A DNA stretch of 64,000 nucleotides from an uncultured virus (IMG/VR IMGVR_UViG_3300012267_000003) (Duplodnaviria; Heunggongvirae; Uroviricota; Caudoviricetes), in the IMG/VR virus record IMGVR_UViG_3300012267_000003; one strand, written 5' to 3'. Below, one piece after another: positions 28,969-38,223 of the stretch. Position numbers and translations under genes: made by a program. Below the pieces are notes generated by a model, which was not told the origin of the DNA, did no database searches, and saw nothing but the letters and a program-made list of their open reading frames with translations. Position 1 is the stretch's first letter. Every line of letters begins with the position of its first letter.

Positions 28969-30258
28969 ATGACTATGAAAGTACATATCAAGAATTTCCA
29001 GTCGGCTGCCGACGTGGAGTTGGAGATAAAAGGTTTTACGACGGTTGTAGGTAAGTCTAACATTGGGAAGTCTGCTCTTATTAGAGCTATCCAAGGGGCT
29101 CTCACTAACCGGGAAGGGGATAATTTTGTTACGAATGGGGAGAGTCACACAGAGGTGACTTTAGATTGTCCTGCGCTCAATCTCACTTGGAAAAAAGGTG
29201 GGGGGTACAACGATTACCTAATTGGCGACAAGAAACTGGAGAGTGTAGGGCGTGGAAACCCACCACAAGTGGAGAAGGCTGGTTTTGGGGAGTTGAAGGT
29301 GGGGCGCGACTCAATCAGTGTACAAATTGCGGATCAGTTTCATCCCCTTTTTCTACTAGATGCTACAGGGTCTTTGGCCGCTGAAGCTATTTCAGATGTA
29401 GGCCGCCTGACTGATATACAGACGGCCCTACGGAATTGTGACAAAGACCGCAGGTCAGTTCGAAGTACTCGCAAAGTCCGTCAGGAAGATCTTGACGAGA
29501 CGCGAGAGGAACTTAACCGCTACGAGAATTACGACGACGATATGGAGCAAATAAAGGAAGTTAGAGGTTATCACAAAAGTATTACGGCTCTGAGTAGGGT
29601 CCTAGATGTTCTGGAAAGGATGGAAACAAAAAGGTCCCTTACTACATCTCAGATTCAGAGCCTCGACGGGGTTCTAGAGGTCGGAGTTCCCGAGATAGAG
29701 GTAACCTCTTTTGTTCGTGAGCTAGAGCTATTGGAACGTTTTGAGGTCCGCCTTAAACGGGGCGTAGTCACTCTTAAAAGGTATAGGGGGGTCGATAAGA
29801 TCGAAGTCCCCGCTATCAGTGTAGATGGAATTCTCTTGTCAGTTAAGGATCTCGAATCACTAGCGACCAAAGCTAGTAAAATCCAAAGGGATTTGACTCG
29901 GTATAGTGGGGTTGAAGAGGTTGAGGTTCTAGATGTAGACACAGAAAACCTCTTATCCGAGGTCAAGATTCTAGAGACTATAGCCACTAAGAGCACCAAG
30001 ATTAAAAAGGATCTTAACGTGTTTGAGGGCTTGGGAGATCTGGAAATACCGGAGATGGAAGATTTGACCGAAGACCTGTCTGAGTATGAGGAGTTGGCTG
30101 CGTTAGGAGAGTCGTGGGATCGCTTGTTTGCTGCTATTCCGGCGCTTAAAACTGAGGTTAAAGATTTAGGTGAGGATATTGATAGTTTGAAAGAGGAACT
30201 ACACGAGGTTCTTCACGAAGCAGGATCCTGCCCTACTTGTGAAAGAGATGTCCTATGA
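28969..30258 (+). CDS. SbcC/Rad50-like ATPase, N-terminal half ending at the zinc hook
   Basis: IKNFQS, GKSNIGKS, Q-loop ADQF, coiled coil, terminal CPTC; no Walker B. Confidence 0.85.
   Translation: MTMKVHIKNFQSAADVELEIKGFTTVVGKSNIGKSALIRAIQGALTNREGDNFVTNGESHTEVTLDCPALNLTWKKGGGYNDYLIGDKKLESVGRGNPPQVEKAGFGELKVGRDSISVQIADQFHPLFLLDATGSLAAEAISDVGRLTDIQTALRNCDKDRRSVRSTRKVRQEDLDETREELNRYENYDDDMEQIKEVRGYHKSITALSRVLDVLERMETKRSLTTSQIQSLDGVLEVGVPEIEVTSFVRELELLERFEVRLKRGVVTLKRYRGVDKIEVPAISVDGILLSVKDLESLATKASKIQRDLTRYSGVEEVEVLDVDTENLLSEVKILETIATKSTKIKKDLNVFEGLGDLEIPEMEDLTEDLSEYEELAALGESWDRLFAAIPALKTEVKDLGEDIDSLKEELHEVLHEAGSCPTCERDVL
29602..30085 (+). repeat. four ~40-aa tandem repeats in the SbcC-N arm
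   Basis: LDVLERM..GVLEVGVPEI / LELLERF..GVDKIEVPAI / VKDLESL..GVEEVEVLDV / VKILETI..GLGDLEIPEM. Confidence 0.75.
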
Positions 30259-30283
30259 CAACCCCACACGAAGAGAATTACAC

Positions 30284-31252
30284 ATGATTAGCTTTATCAC
30301 TAGAACAGATGTACACCTCAATGACAGGCCCCCTGAGAGCCGCTGTGACGATTACCGTGAGACAATGCTAGGTAAGCTCAGGCAAGTAGGAGAGATTGCC
30401 CGTGAGAGGAAGGTGAACGCCGTACTAGATAACGGGGACTTTTTTCACAATAAGGCGGCTTCTCGAAATAGTCATTTGCTAGTCCGGAAGGTGGCGGATC
30501 TACATAGGTCCTATCCGTGTCCTGTATATGAAAATCCCGGAAATCATGATTTTCCTTATGCCAATGTGGAGTACATAGAGAAGCAGCCACTTGGTGTGCT
30601 GTTTGCCACCGGCATTTTTGAGCGCATGGGTGATATTCGTTTCGAAGATGATGATGGTCTGGTGGTGCGTGTGGTAGGGTTGCCGTACAAGATGGAGTTT
30701 GACGTATTTGACTTCGAGATTGAACGGGGCGATGAGGATGTGCTGATATGTGCCGCCCACACCTATGCTTCCCCCACAGGAACTGAGAGCTTTGGTAGGG
30801 AACATTTTCTATCCTATCAGGCTCTTGCAGAATGTACTCCTGACGTTTTTATTTTTGGTCACTATCACATTGACCAAGGTATTCAGGAAGTTTTGGGGAA
30901 GCCTTTTATAAATCTAGGCTCGCTGTCAAGGGGTTCACTGACTAATGACAATCTGAAACGAGTTCCAAGAATAGGTTATATTCGGGTTGAAAAAGGTGAG
31001 GATGGTGTAATCATTCACACAGAGGCAATCGAGATCGAGGTACAGCCTGCTTCTGAGGTTTTCGATCTTGAAAAGCATGATCGTTTAAAGCAAGAGCGTA
31101 AAGATATTGATCAATTCATAGAGACCCTTTCTAGGTCTGCGTCCGTGAACGAAGAAGATAACATCCAAGCTGCTATAGAAGGTTTGGATGAATTCGATCA
31201 CGAGGTAAAGAGTCGGGCGTTGCATTACCTTGAAAAAGCAGCGTCAGGATAG
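30284..31252 (+). CDS. SbcD/Mre11-like metallophosphoesterase nuclease
   Basis: TDVH, GDFFH, GNHD, GHYH, NLGSL.R. Confidence 0.9.
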   Translation: MISFITRTDVHLNDRPPESRCDDYRETMLGKLRQVGEIARERKVNAVLDNGDFFHNKAASRNSHLLVRKVADLHRSYPCPVYENPGNHDFPYANVEYIEKQPLGVLFATGIFERMGDIRFEDDDGLVVRVVGLPYKMEFDVFDFEIERGDEDVLICAAHTYASPTGTESFGREHFLSYQALAECTPDVFIFGHYHIDQGIQEVLGKPFINLGSLSRGSLTNDNLKRVPRIGYIRVEKGEDGVIIHTEAIEIEVQPASEVFDLEKHDRLKQERKDIDQFIETLSRSASVNEEDNIQAAIEGLDEFDHEVKSRALHYLEKAASG

Positions 31253-31255
31253 AGT

Positions 31256-32188
31256 ATGAAGAAACGGCAGTACTGGTTATCGTGGTCGGGTTTTGCTACC
31301 TACCAAGAGTGTCCCAAAAAATACCGCTTGAAGAAGGTAGATAAGGCGGATCCCCCGGAGCCCGACTCTAAGCATAATGCTGTGGTCGGGTCTGTAGTGC
31401 AGCGAGTCTACGAAGATTTTTATAATGACGAGCTGTGGAGACTGGGTAGTCGTACTTCGGATAAGCTGATGGAGCTTACTCCTAAGTATTTCTATGAGTT
31501 TCTAGACAAGGAACATGTAGATTTCGATCATATATCCTGTCGAGTTACCCCGCTAGATCTTCTTAATACTTGTCAGGAAATTGTGCCGCAGATCTTGGAA
31601 GGGATCAAAAGGGAAAAGTTGCTTGGTCCTTACGCTCGATCAGAGGTAAAGCTCCGTGCTCATTTGCAGGGTAGCTATTTCCTCTTTGGTCTTGCAGACT
31701 TTATCATCCGGCGCGAGAGTGGCGAGTTACTTCTCCTAGATGGTAAGGCTTCTAAGCACCGGGAGAAGTATGTTGACGAAAGACAGCTTCTGTTTTACGC
31801 CTTGGCTTTTAAGCTCATTCACGGTAAGTTACCTCATCGTTTGGGATTCTATTATTATCGTTTTGCCGAAGATTCCGAAAAGGCATTTGATTGGAGCAAG
31901 CCTGATCTCCAAAAAATAGAAGAGTTACGACAGGATTTGGTAGAGGCGTTTACCAACATACAGAAAATGAGGTTCAAAGCTACACCAAGTTCACAGGCAT
32001 GTAAGTACTGCCCGTGGGAGACTGTATGTGAGGAGCGGCAAAAGGAAAAAGCTATTCGCCGGGAGAAGCGGAGGTGGAAGCGTGTAGAGAGGGGAGAGGA
32101 GGTTTTACCTTCACTCTCGCAATCTAACACAGGATCTGCTATGATAGGCTTTGGAGGCCATTTTGAGCAGCTTGACGACGAAGAATAA
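31256..32188 (+). CDS. PD-(D/E)XK (AddB/Cas4-like) nuclease
   Basis: LSWS..ECPKKY, GLADFI, LLDGK, QLLFYA, CKYCPWETVC. Confidence 0.85.
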   Translation: MKKRQYWLSWSGFATYQECPKKYRLKKVDKADPPEPDSKHNAVVGSVVQRVYEDFYNDELWRLGSRTSDKLMELTPKYFYEFLDKEHVDFDHISCRVTPLDLLNTCQEIVPQILEGIKREKLLGPYARSEVKLRAHLQGSYFLFGLADFIIRRESGELLLLDGKASKHREKYVDERQLLFYALAFKLIHGKLPHRLGFYYYRFAEDSEKAFDWSKPDLQKIEELRQDLVEAFTNIQKMRFKATPSSQACKYCPWETVCEERQKEKAIRREKRRWKRVERGEEVLPSLSQSNTGSAMIGFGGHFEQLDDEE

Positions 32189-32203
32189 TACAGGAGGTTT
32201 ACC

Positions 32204-32470
32204 ATGAGTACTGAAGATTTTGAAACCCGTATAAAGACCATTAAATCTCGCCGGGAACAGGTCGTAAACAAAAAGGCAGAGAAGGTAGCTCGTTTGAAGA
32301 GCGCACAAGAGGAGCTTAAAGCCTTGAAAGAGGAGGCAACTGAGAAGGGGTATGAGTTAAAAGAGATCCCTGAACTCCTACCTCAGAAAAGAAAAGAGCT
32401 AAATGGTAAGATAGCGCTACTGGAAGCCGCTCTAGATGAGGCGGAAGAGAAATTGGCCCAGTACGATTGA
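32204..32470 (+). CDS. small coiled-coil protein
   Basis: AGGAGG SD; continuous heptads. Confidence 0.75.
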   Translation: MSTEDFETRIKTIKSRREQVVNKKAEKVARLKSAQEELKALKEEATEKGYELKEIPELLPQKRKELNGKIALLEAALDEAEEKLAQYD

Positions 32471-32509
32471 AATAATTAGGCCCCGGCCTACACGAACACA
32501 GGACATACT

Positions 32510-33751
32510 ATGCGATTTAGCATTCAGAAAGATCTACTCAAAAGCGCAATGGACGTAGCCATTTTGGCAGTGGATAAAAAAGAGCAGGATATTCGATCAA
32601 CTTTTCTCTTCGATGTTCGGAGTGAGGATGAGTTGGTCTTATGGTCAACAGACCGGAAGATGATGACTAAGGTCCCTACGACGTTGGTTGCCGATACTCT
32701 ACAAGGTCAGGGTAAATTTACCGTAGAGGCAGGGCGTCTACAGGAGTGGATTAAAAACGTCAAAGAGGACGTTATTGATGTGGAGGTAGAAGATCAGACC
32801 ATCACAATGCACTGTGGAAAAGCTAAGGGGCATTTTGCTTCAAGGGATCCCGCAGAGTTTCCCGATTTTCAGCGACAGTTAGATTCCCCTACGAAGCTTT
32901 TTACGGGGAACCCGACCACGTTCTCTAACGCCCTGAGTTTTGTCGCTCCTTTCATTGGGGAGGGTACGACAAACAACAAAACTGCCAACAATATGCAGGT
33001 CACAGAATTGCGTGGAAGAGAGATGGTGGCTACCGATTCATTATCTGTTTCTCTCTTTGTGGTGGCCCCTACAGAAGAGGGGTCGGATTCATTGGACGCT
33101 TATGCGGAGATGCTGGAGTCTTTGGGGGACCAACCCGCCGATATCAAAAAGCGTCAGAAGTTGACGTTCAAGGTCGGTCGTGACGAGATCAAAAGTCTCA
33201 TTAAATTCCTCAACAAGACGTGTACCAGCGAGTTCACCGTTTCCAAAAACGATATGATTCTTGTAGAGTCTGACGACGGTGCCGCTTTTGGGTACACGTC
33301 ATCCATTTACAACTTGCCCAAGATCGGTGGTCTTCCTAAAGCACTGGAAGAACCTGAAATTTGGAAAGTCAATAAGGCTAACCTTAGTGATGCTGTGTCG
33401 GCTCTTGCGGCTACCGCAGACCCCGAGGATATGGCACTAACTGTCAAAGTGACGGGTGCCGAGGGTGAGGATGGTGTGCTAGAGCTGAGCATGAAAGACG
33501 CCTTAGATCGTAACGAGTCCACCTATAAGATTCCCGTTTTTAGGGAGAAGGTAGCTCAGGAGGAGCTGTCTTTTATTGTCAATCGGGACCTTCTAGTGAG
33601 CCCTCTATCTCTGTATGATGGAGATGAGATTAGCGTTGGGGTTAGCGCACATGATGGTGCTAGCAACAAATACGTCAAATACGTCAAATACCATGAGGTT
33701 ACCGAGCAAAATGACGTTCGAGTTTGTCTTGTAATCCTACGGATGAGATAA
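32510..33751 (+). CDS. dnaN: DNA polymerase III beta sliding clamp
   Basis: MRFSIQKDLL, LWSTD, DPAEFPDF, MVATDS; three-domain length. Confidence 0.8.
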   Translation: MRFSIQKDLLKSAMDVAILAVDKKEQDIRSTFLFDVRSEDELVLWSTDRKMMTKVPTTLVADTLQGQGKFTVEAGRLQEWIKNVKEDVIDVEVEDQTITMHCGKAKGHFASRDPAEFPDFQRQLDSPTKLFTGNPTTFSNALSFVAPFIGEGTTNNKTANNMQVTELRGREMVATDSLSVSLFVVAPTEEGSDSLDAYAEMLESLGDQPADIKKRQKLTFKVGRDEIKSLIKFLNKTCTSEFTVSKNDMILVESDDGAAFGYTSSIYNLPKIGGLPKALEEPEIWKVNKANLSDAVSALAATADPEDMALTVKVTGAEGEDGVLELSMKDALDRNESTYKIPVFREKVAQEELSFIVNRDLLVSPLSLYDGDEISVGVSAHDGASNKYVKYVKYHEVTEQNDVRVCLVILRMR

Positions 33752-34380
33752 TGACCCCTGAAACTTCACAAAGATTTGAAGATCTCATTGAGAAGGCTCG
33801 TAGGGTAGAAACCGCTCACACTATGCTACAAGAGCAAGAGGTTAATCTACAGACCAAAATTGAGGAGTTGCACCACGAAGACGTTTTATTGGAGAAAGTC
33901 TCCGCTTTGTTCAAACATCTTCTCAACAAGTACGTGTATGAGTACGCGGAGTCTTTTAGTCAGATCATCACAGAAGGTCTTCAAAGTATTTACCACGACC
34001 AAGATGTTCGTTTCGATATCGAAGTGGAGCAGAAGCGGGGTAAAGTTTCCGTTAACTTTGTCGTAGAAGAGAATGGTGTACGGGCAAACCCCCTAGAAGC
34101 TTTTGGAGGGGGTGTAGCGTCCGTTGTGAGCCTTCTCATGCGGGTATTAGTGGTACTCAAAGCAGACATGGCCCGCTACCTTATTCTGGACGAGTCACTG
34201 GCTTCCCTGTCAGAGGAATATGTAGAGCCCTGCGGGGATTTCCTTAGAAAGCTGTGTTCGGAGCTTGGTGTGAACATATTGCTGGTTACACATAATGCGG
34301 CTTTTGTGGACCAATGTGATAATGCCTATATGGGATCTACCGACGTTAACGAGCGGCTACAACTTAAAAAGATAAGATGA
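33751..34380 (+). CDS. SbcC/Rad50-like ATPase, C-terminal half
   Basis: Signature-like FGGG, Walker B LILDES, H-loop LLVTH; TAATG coupling to the clamp gene. Confidence 0.85.
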   Translation: MTPETSQRFEDLIEKARRVETAHTMLQEQEVNLQTKIEELHHEDVLLEKVSALFKHLLNKYVYEYAESFSQIITEGLQSIYHDQDVRFDIEVEQKRGKVSVNFVVEENGVRANPLEAFGGGVASVVSLLMRVLVVLKADMARYLILDESLASLSEEYVEPCGDFLRKLCSELGVNILLVTHNAAFVDQCDNAYMGSTDVNERLQLKKIR

Positions 34381-34392
34381 TTGGGATATGGT

Positions 34393-34797
34393 ATGAAGGA
34401 TGAATCTGAGGTAAGGAAAAAATTAGGAGAGGCTAGGTATCGCTACCTGCGCCGGTATCTCCAGCCTCGACCTTGTAACTGTGTCCACAATCACAGGCAC
34501 GAGACGGCAGAGGGGTCAGCCCAGTTATGTATGCTAGGGTCCGATGATCCTGAAAATTGGCCCGGCAATATCTGCGACACCGTGGAGAACGTTCGTACCT
34601 GCCCATTTTATAAAAACCGATATGACAAGTCGCAGCTCAAAGAAGACTTTGATGAGCTTCTTCAAGACCCTGACGTGCTCTATAATGAGTACAGGGATAT
34701 TGCGATGCTGTTATGGACTTTGGAGGAAGACTCCGAGGTAGCTACTACTACATTGACGTGGTGGCAAAAAATCAAATTATGGTTTGTTAGGAGTTGA
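34393..34797 (+). CDS. Cys/His-rich hypothetical protein
   Basis: PCNCVHNH..LC..IC..CP. Confidence 0.7.
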   Translation: MKDESEVRKKLGEARYRYLRRYLQPRPCNCVHNHRHETAEGSAQLCMLGSDDPENWPGNICDTVENVRTCPFYKNRYDKSQLKEDFDELLQDPDVLYNEYRDIAMLLWTLEEDSEVATTTLTWWQKIKLWFVRS

Positions 34798-34798
34798 T

Positions 34799-35533
34799 AT
34801 GTCGTCCCTCACCAAATTTCTACACGTTGACCGTAAACGACGTCATATAGCCGAAAAAGGGGGTCTTAAAACCCCGGTTATGATAACCTACCCGGTTCCT
34901 GAGAGTTTCGAGACTTCCTGTATCAGTTTACGTACTGGAGAGTATCATACGGTTAGGGTGCGGCCACAGCGGCCTACTAGATCCGGATTCTTCAATTTAG
35001 ACGTTGAAGAGGAGGACGGTGCTTTTGCAACCCTCATCTCCTATTTGTTTGAGGAGAGTGCTAAGGGGGAGTGGGGGAATTCCTCTGAGGTATTTCCAGT
35101 AACCGATGAGGTCTTAACGGGTGTCTGGTCTTATTTTAATGCCTATGACAACCAATGCCATCAATGCTTTGTGGGTCTTGTGGGTTTTGCTGCACTGGTT
35201 ACTGGGGACTTTATTAAACTCCCAGAAGAGGTGGAAGATCCTAGTGCTATCACAGAAGCGCACTTATTGGGCTGGATGTCAGAGTACCTGCATATAGGTC
35301 GCGTGGGTGATGATGTTCCCGTGTTTTACAATCCACATCTTGGGTCCAACCTTATATTTTCTGCGGATCCTAAAGAGGTTGGGGTCATGACTCGGGTTGG
35401 AGATTATGTTAGCATTTTGGTACACAACGCTGAGCGAAGTGTAATTATACTACGAGTAGGACTTACGAATGACGATTCTGGATCAGATACTGAAAGCAGC
35501 ACAGAAGAACGTCCAGAACCCGAAGGCTCATAA
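34799..35533 (+). CDS. hypothetical protein, C-terminus resembling the capsid protein
   Basis: AGGAG SD; see finding. Confidence 0.6.
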   Translation: MSSLTKFLHVDRKRRHIAEKGGLKTPVMITYPVPESFETSCISLRTGEYHTVRVRPQRPTRSGFFNLDVEEEDGAFATLISYLFEESAKGEWGNSSEVFPVTDEVLTGVWSYFNAYDNQCHQCFVGLVGFAALVTGDFIKLPEEVEDPSAITEAHLLGWMSEYLHIGRVGDDVPVFYNPHLGSNLIFSADPKEVGVMTRVGDYVSILVHNAERSVIILRVGLTNDDSGSDTESSTEERPEPEGS

Positions 35534-36170
35534 TTATTTGAGGAGTCGGGGAGTTTCGGACGCTCAGGTACGTGATATTGGTATTGGCTATTTTCCCGAT
35601 GGGATTTGGCCTCCTTATATGTCCGGGGAAAGTGAGGACCTTCTGAGTTATTTGGAATGGTCATCTAAAGGGTACCGGTTACGAGGGAAACTGGTCTTCC
35701 CTATGCGAAACCCTTTGGGCTTGTTACGGGGGATTCAGATTAGGTCCCCGGACCCTGCCCAGAAAGATTACTCGAAGTTCTATTTGTCCCGGTCTAAGGT
35801 CGATGCTATATTCTTCGGGATACGGCCAGCGATGCCTACTATCTGGGAGAGACGAGAGGTATACCTTTGCGAAGGTCTTTTCGATTATTTCCCTTTGCAG
35901 CGGGCATTCCCAAATACCGTTTGCACAGGAACTGCTAATGTTAGTAAGCGTCAGATCGAATTTCTCTGTCGCTTTGTGGATCATGTCTATGTGGTATTTG
36001 ATTCTGACTGGGGAGGTAATCAATTCTGGAAGAGATTTGAGAGGGATTACGGGTCCGAATTTAAGTCAGTGCAACGTATAGAGGTCCGTGGGAAAGACGT
36101 ATCCGATATGTGGTTGGCGATGGGAGAGAAGAGATTTCAACGAAGTATCAGCTCTCACGTTCTATTTTAA
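35469..36170 (+). CDS. DnaG-type primase catalytic (TOPRIM) domain without zinc-binding domain
   Basis: YLRSRG, IGY, LVFPM, CEGLFD, VFDSDWGG, GKDVSD. Confidence 0.85.
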   Translation: MTILDQILKAAQKNVQNPKAHNYLRSRGVSDAQVRDIGIGYFPDGIWPPYMSGESEDLLSYLEWSSKGYRLRGKLVFPMRNPLGLLRGIQIRSPDPAQKDYSKFYLSRSKVDAIFFGIRPAMPTIWERREVYLCEGLFDYFPLQRAFPNTVCTGTANVSKRQIEFLCRFVDHVYVVFDSDWGGNQFWKRFERDYGSEFKSVQRIEVRGKDVSDMWLAMGEKRFQRSISSHVLF

Positions 36171-36267
36171 GTGCCCTTGACGTATTGCCGATCAAATGGT
36201 AGCAATAGTGTAGCCCGCTGTGTCGGGCAAAGCAGTAGACCAACAACGAAAAACTAGGAGATCAAGT

Positions 36268-36780
36268 ATGGATTATTGGAAAGCAGATGAGCCCGAAAAA
36301 CTCGCAAATGATTACCTGAAATATCACCCTGACCTTTCGGGAGCCCAGATTGCTTGGCTTTTCAAAGAGAAGGCGACATGCTCAGATGGGCGTCCCATCG
36401 TAGGAAAGCCTTTCAAGATTCCGGCCAAGTATCAGCCCATCATGGAAGAGAACGATACCGGAGATCGTGGGTATGACTTCATGATTGTTATCGGAGCAGA
36501 CGTGTGGACGGAGCTTCGTAATGACCAGAAGGAAGCTTGGGTAGATTACCTTCTGGAACAGTGCTACGGGGAAGAGAACGAAAGCAATGGCGAAATGAAA
36601 TGGAAGATCCGAAAGCCGGAAGTACAAGCTTTCCCGGTCATTCTATCTCGTCACGGCACCAACTGGGACGCCGGAGTGAACAAGCTGTCTGTAATTGATA
36701 TGTCGAACAAGCCAAAGGTGAAAGAGCCTGAAGTACGTTCGTCGGAAAGCCAAGACACCAACGTGTCTGTTAACTCGTAA
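36268..36780 (+). CDS. phage metallopeptidase-like protein, HExxH degenerate
   Basis: YHPDL..IAWLF..YDFMIVI..W..QKEAWVDYLLEQC..IRKPEVQAF..RHG. Confidence 0.6.
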   Translation: MDYWKADEPEKLANDYLKYHPDLSGAQIAWLFKEKATCSDGRPIVGKPFKIPAKYQPIMEENDTGDRGYDFMIVIGADVWTELRNDQKEAWVDYLLEQCYGEENESNGEMKWKIRKPEVQAFPVILSRHGTNWDAGVNKLSVIDMSNKPKVKEPEVRSSESQDTNVSVNS

Positions 36781-36804
36781 GACTGATAAGGACCTCACCG
36801 CAAT

Positions 36805-38223
36805 ATGGCTTTTGATACCAAATACAGACCGGATAGGTTTGCCGATGTGATCGGGCAAGATAGTACGATAGACATCTTAAAAGAGCTGTTGAATCGCGGT
36901 GAGGTCTTCCAGAAGAGCTATGTTTTTGCCGGACCTTCTGGTACGGGTAAAACTACTACAGCACGTATTCTAGCACGTGCAATGCTTTGTCAGGATGTGG
37001 ATCCCCATACCTTTGAGCCCTGCAATGAGTGCTCTTCCTGTAAAGAGATTTTAGATAGAGGGGAGAGCCCCGCTTTTAAGGAAATGGATGCTGCCAACCA
37101 TACGGGGGCGGACAATATCCGCAAAATTGTCGAGGGGTTAGATTATTATACCCTTGACGGAGGGGACAGAAAGATCTATCTTATTGATGAGTGTCATCGT
37201 CTGTCTAAGCAGGCGATGGATGCTCTCCTAAAACCGATGGAAGATACGGTTAAGGGATCTAGGGACAAACGCCTCGTATGTCTTTTTTGTACTACGGAGC
37301 CTCAGAAACTGAGAGGAACCATCAAAGGCCGTTGTATGGTCTTTGGTATAAAAGAGCCGTCGAGGGATGATGTGGTGTCTCGTTTGCGTTATATCTGTGC
37401 TCAGGAGCAGATTGAATATAACCCCGAAGCTTTGGATTTAATTTTCAATTATGGCAAGGGGCACCTGAGAGATATGGTGAATGCATTGGAGAGGGTTAGT
37501 CGGGTGGGTCCCGTAAATCCTGATTCAGTGCGGCAACAGCTTGGGTTAGATGTTATTTCCCAGCAGTACGAAATTCTTTTACACCTTCGGGATGATCCCG
37601 AACAAAGCATGGCGCTATTGATGGAAGCTCTTTCACAGACAGACCCTGATTCAATTTATGAGGGTATAGCAGACGCGGCCATGTCGTCTTACCGTCTGTC
37701 TAAGGGCATTACTATCGGTCTGAGTTATGTGGAGAAGGATCTGGCAGATCAGATCAGCTCTACCTACGCGGACGACATACTACTTACGATATCGCATCGA
37801 ATTTTGAATGCGAACCGGAAAATGGACCGGAATGCTCTGGTGTGTGAGTTATTACTACTCCAGAGTCAGTTGGTAGCAGGCACGGTGCATGTTAGCACTC
37901 AGGGTCCTACCATCATTCAGCAAGTCCAACAGCCACAGGAAACCTCTCAGGCTTCAAATGAAGCTCCCGAGGTACCCGCTGACCAAAGTTCCGAAGATAG
38001 GAACTTTGAGAAAGAGAATGAACGGTATGCAGATGAGGCATTCCTTTACGGAGGAAAAGCTGCTCTGAAAAAACCTGTGAATTCTACAGCGAAAGAAGAT
38101 CCTTTAGCTACCCACCGGGGAGGTAAGCGACCAATGAGTTTACCTCCTACTCCACTCAACCACAATCCTAAAAGTGTAGATTACGAAGAAGCGAGCAACC
38201 TTTTCAAAGATTCCGATGAGTGA
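36805..38223 (+). CDS. dnaX: DNA polymerase III gamma/tau clamp-loader ATPase
   Basis: KYRP..DVIGQ, GPSGTGKTT, PCNECSSC, EMDAA, IDECH, GRC, GHLRD. Confidence 0.93.
   Translation: MAFDTKYRPDRFADVIGQDSTIDILKELLNRGEVFQKSYVFAGPSGTGKTTTARILARAMLCQDVDPHTFEPCNECSSCKEILDRGESPAFKEMDAANHTGADNIRKIVEGLDYYTLDGGDRKIYLIDECHRLSKQAMDALLKPMEDTVKGSRDKRLVCLFCTTEPQKLRGTIKGRCMVFGIKEPSRDDVVSRLRYICAQEQIEYNPEALDLIFNYGKGHLRDMVNALERVSRVGPVNPDSVRQQLGLDVISQQYEILLHLRDDPEQSMALLMEALSQTDPDSIYEGIADAAMSSYRLSKGITIGLSYVEKDLADQISSTYADDILLTISHRILNANRKMDRNALVCELLLLQSQLVAGTVHVSTQGPTIIQQVQQPQETSQASNEAPEVPADQSSEDRNFEKENERYADEAFLYGGKAALKKPVNSTAKEDPLATHRGGKRPMSLPPTPLNHNPKSVDYEEASNLFKDSDE

Noticed and set aside
33668..33691. 9-nt tandem repeat (KYVKYVKY) in the clamp gene
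   Set aside because: A short in-frame slippage duplication with no evident function
38060..38080. dnaX programmed -1 frameshift at the A6 run
   Set aside because: The frame is CTG AAA AAA CCT, not A AAA AAG, and there is no clear stimulatory hairpin
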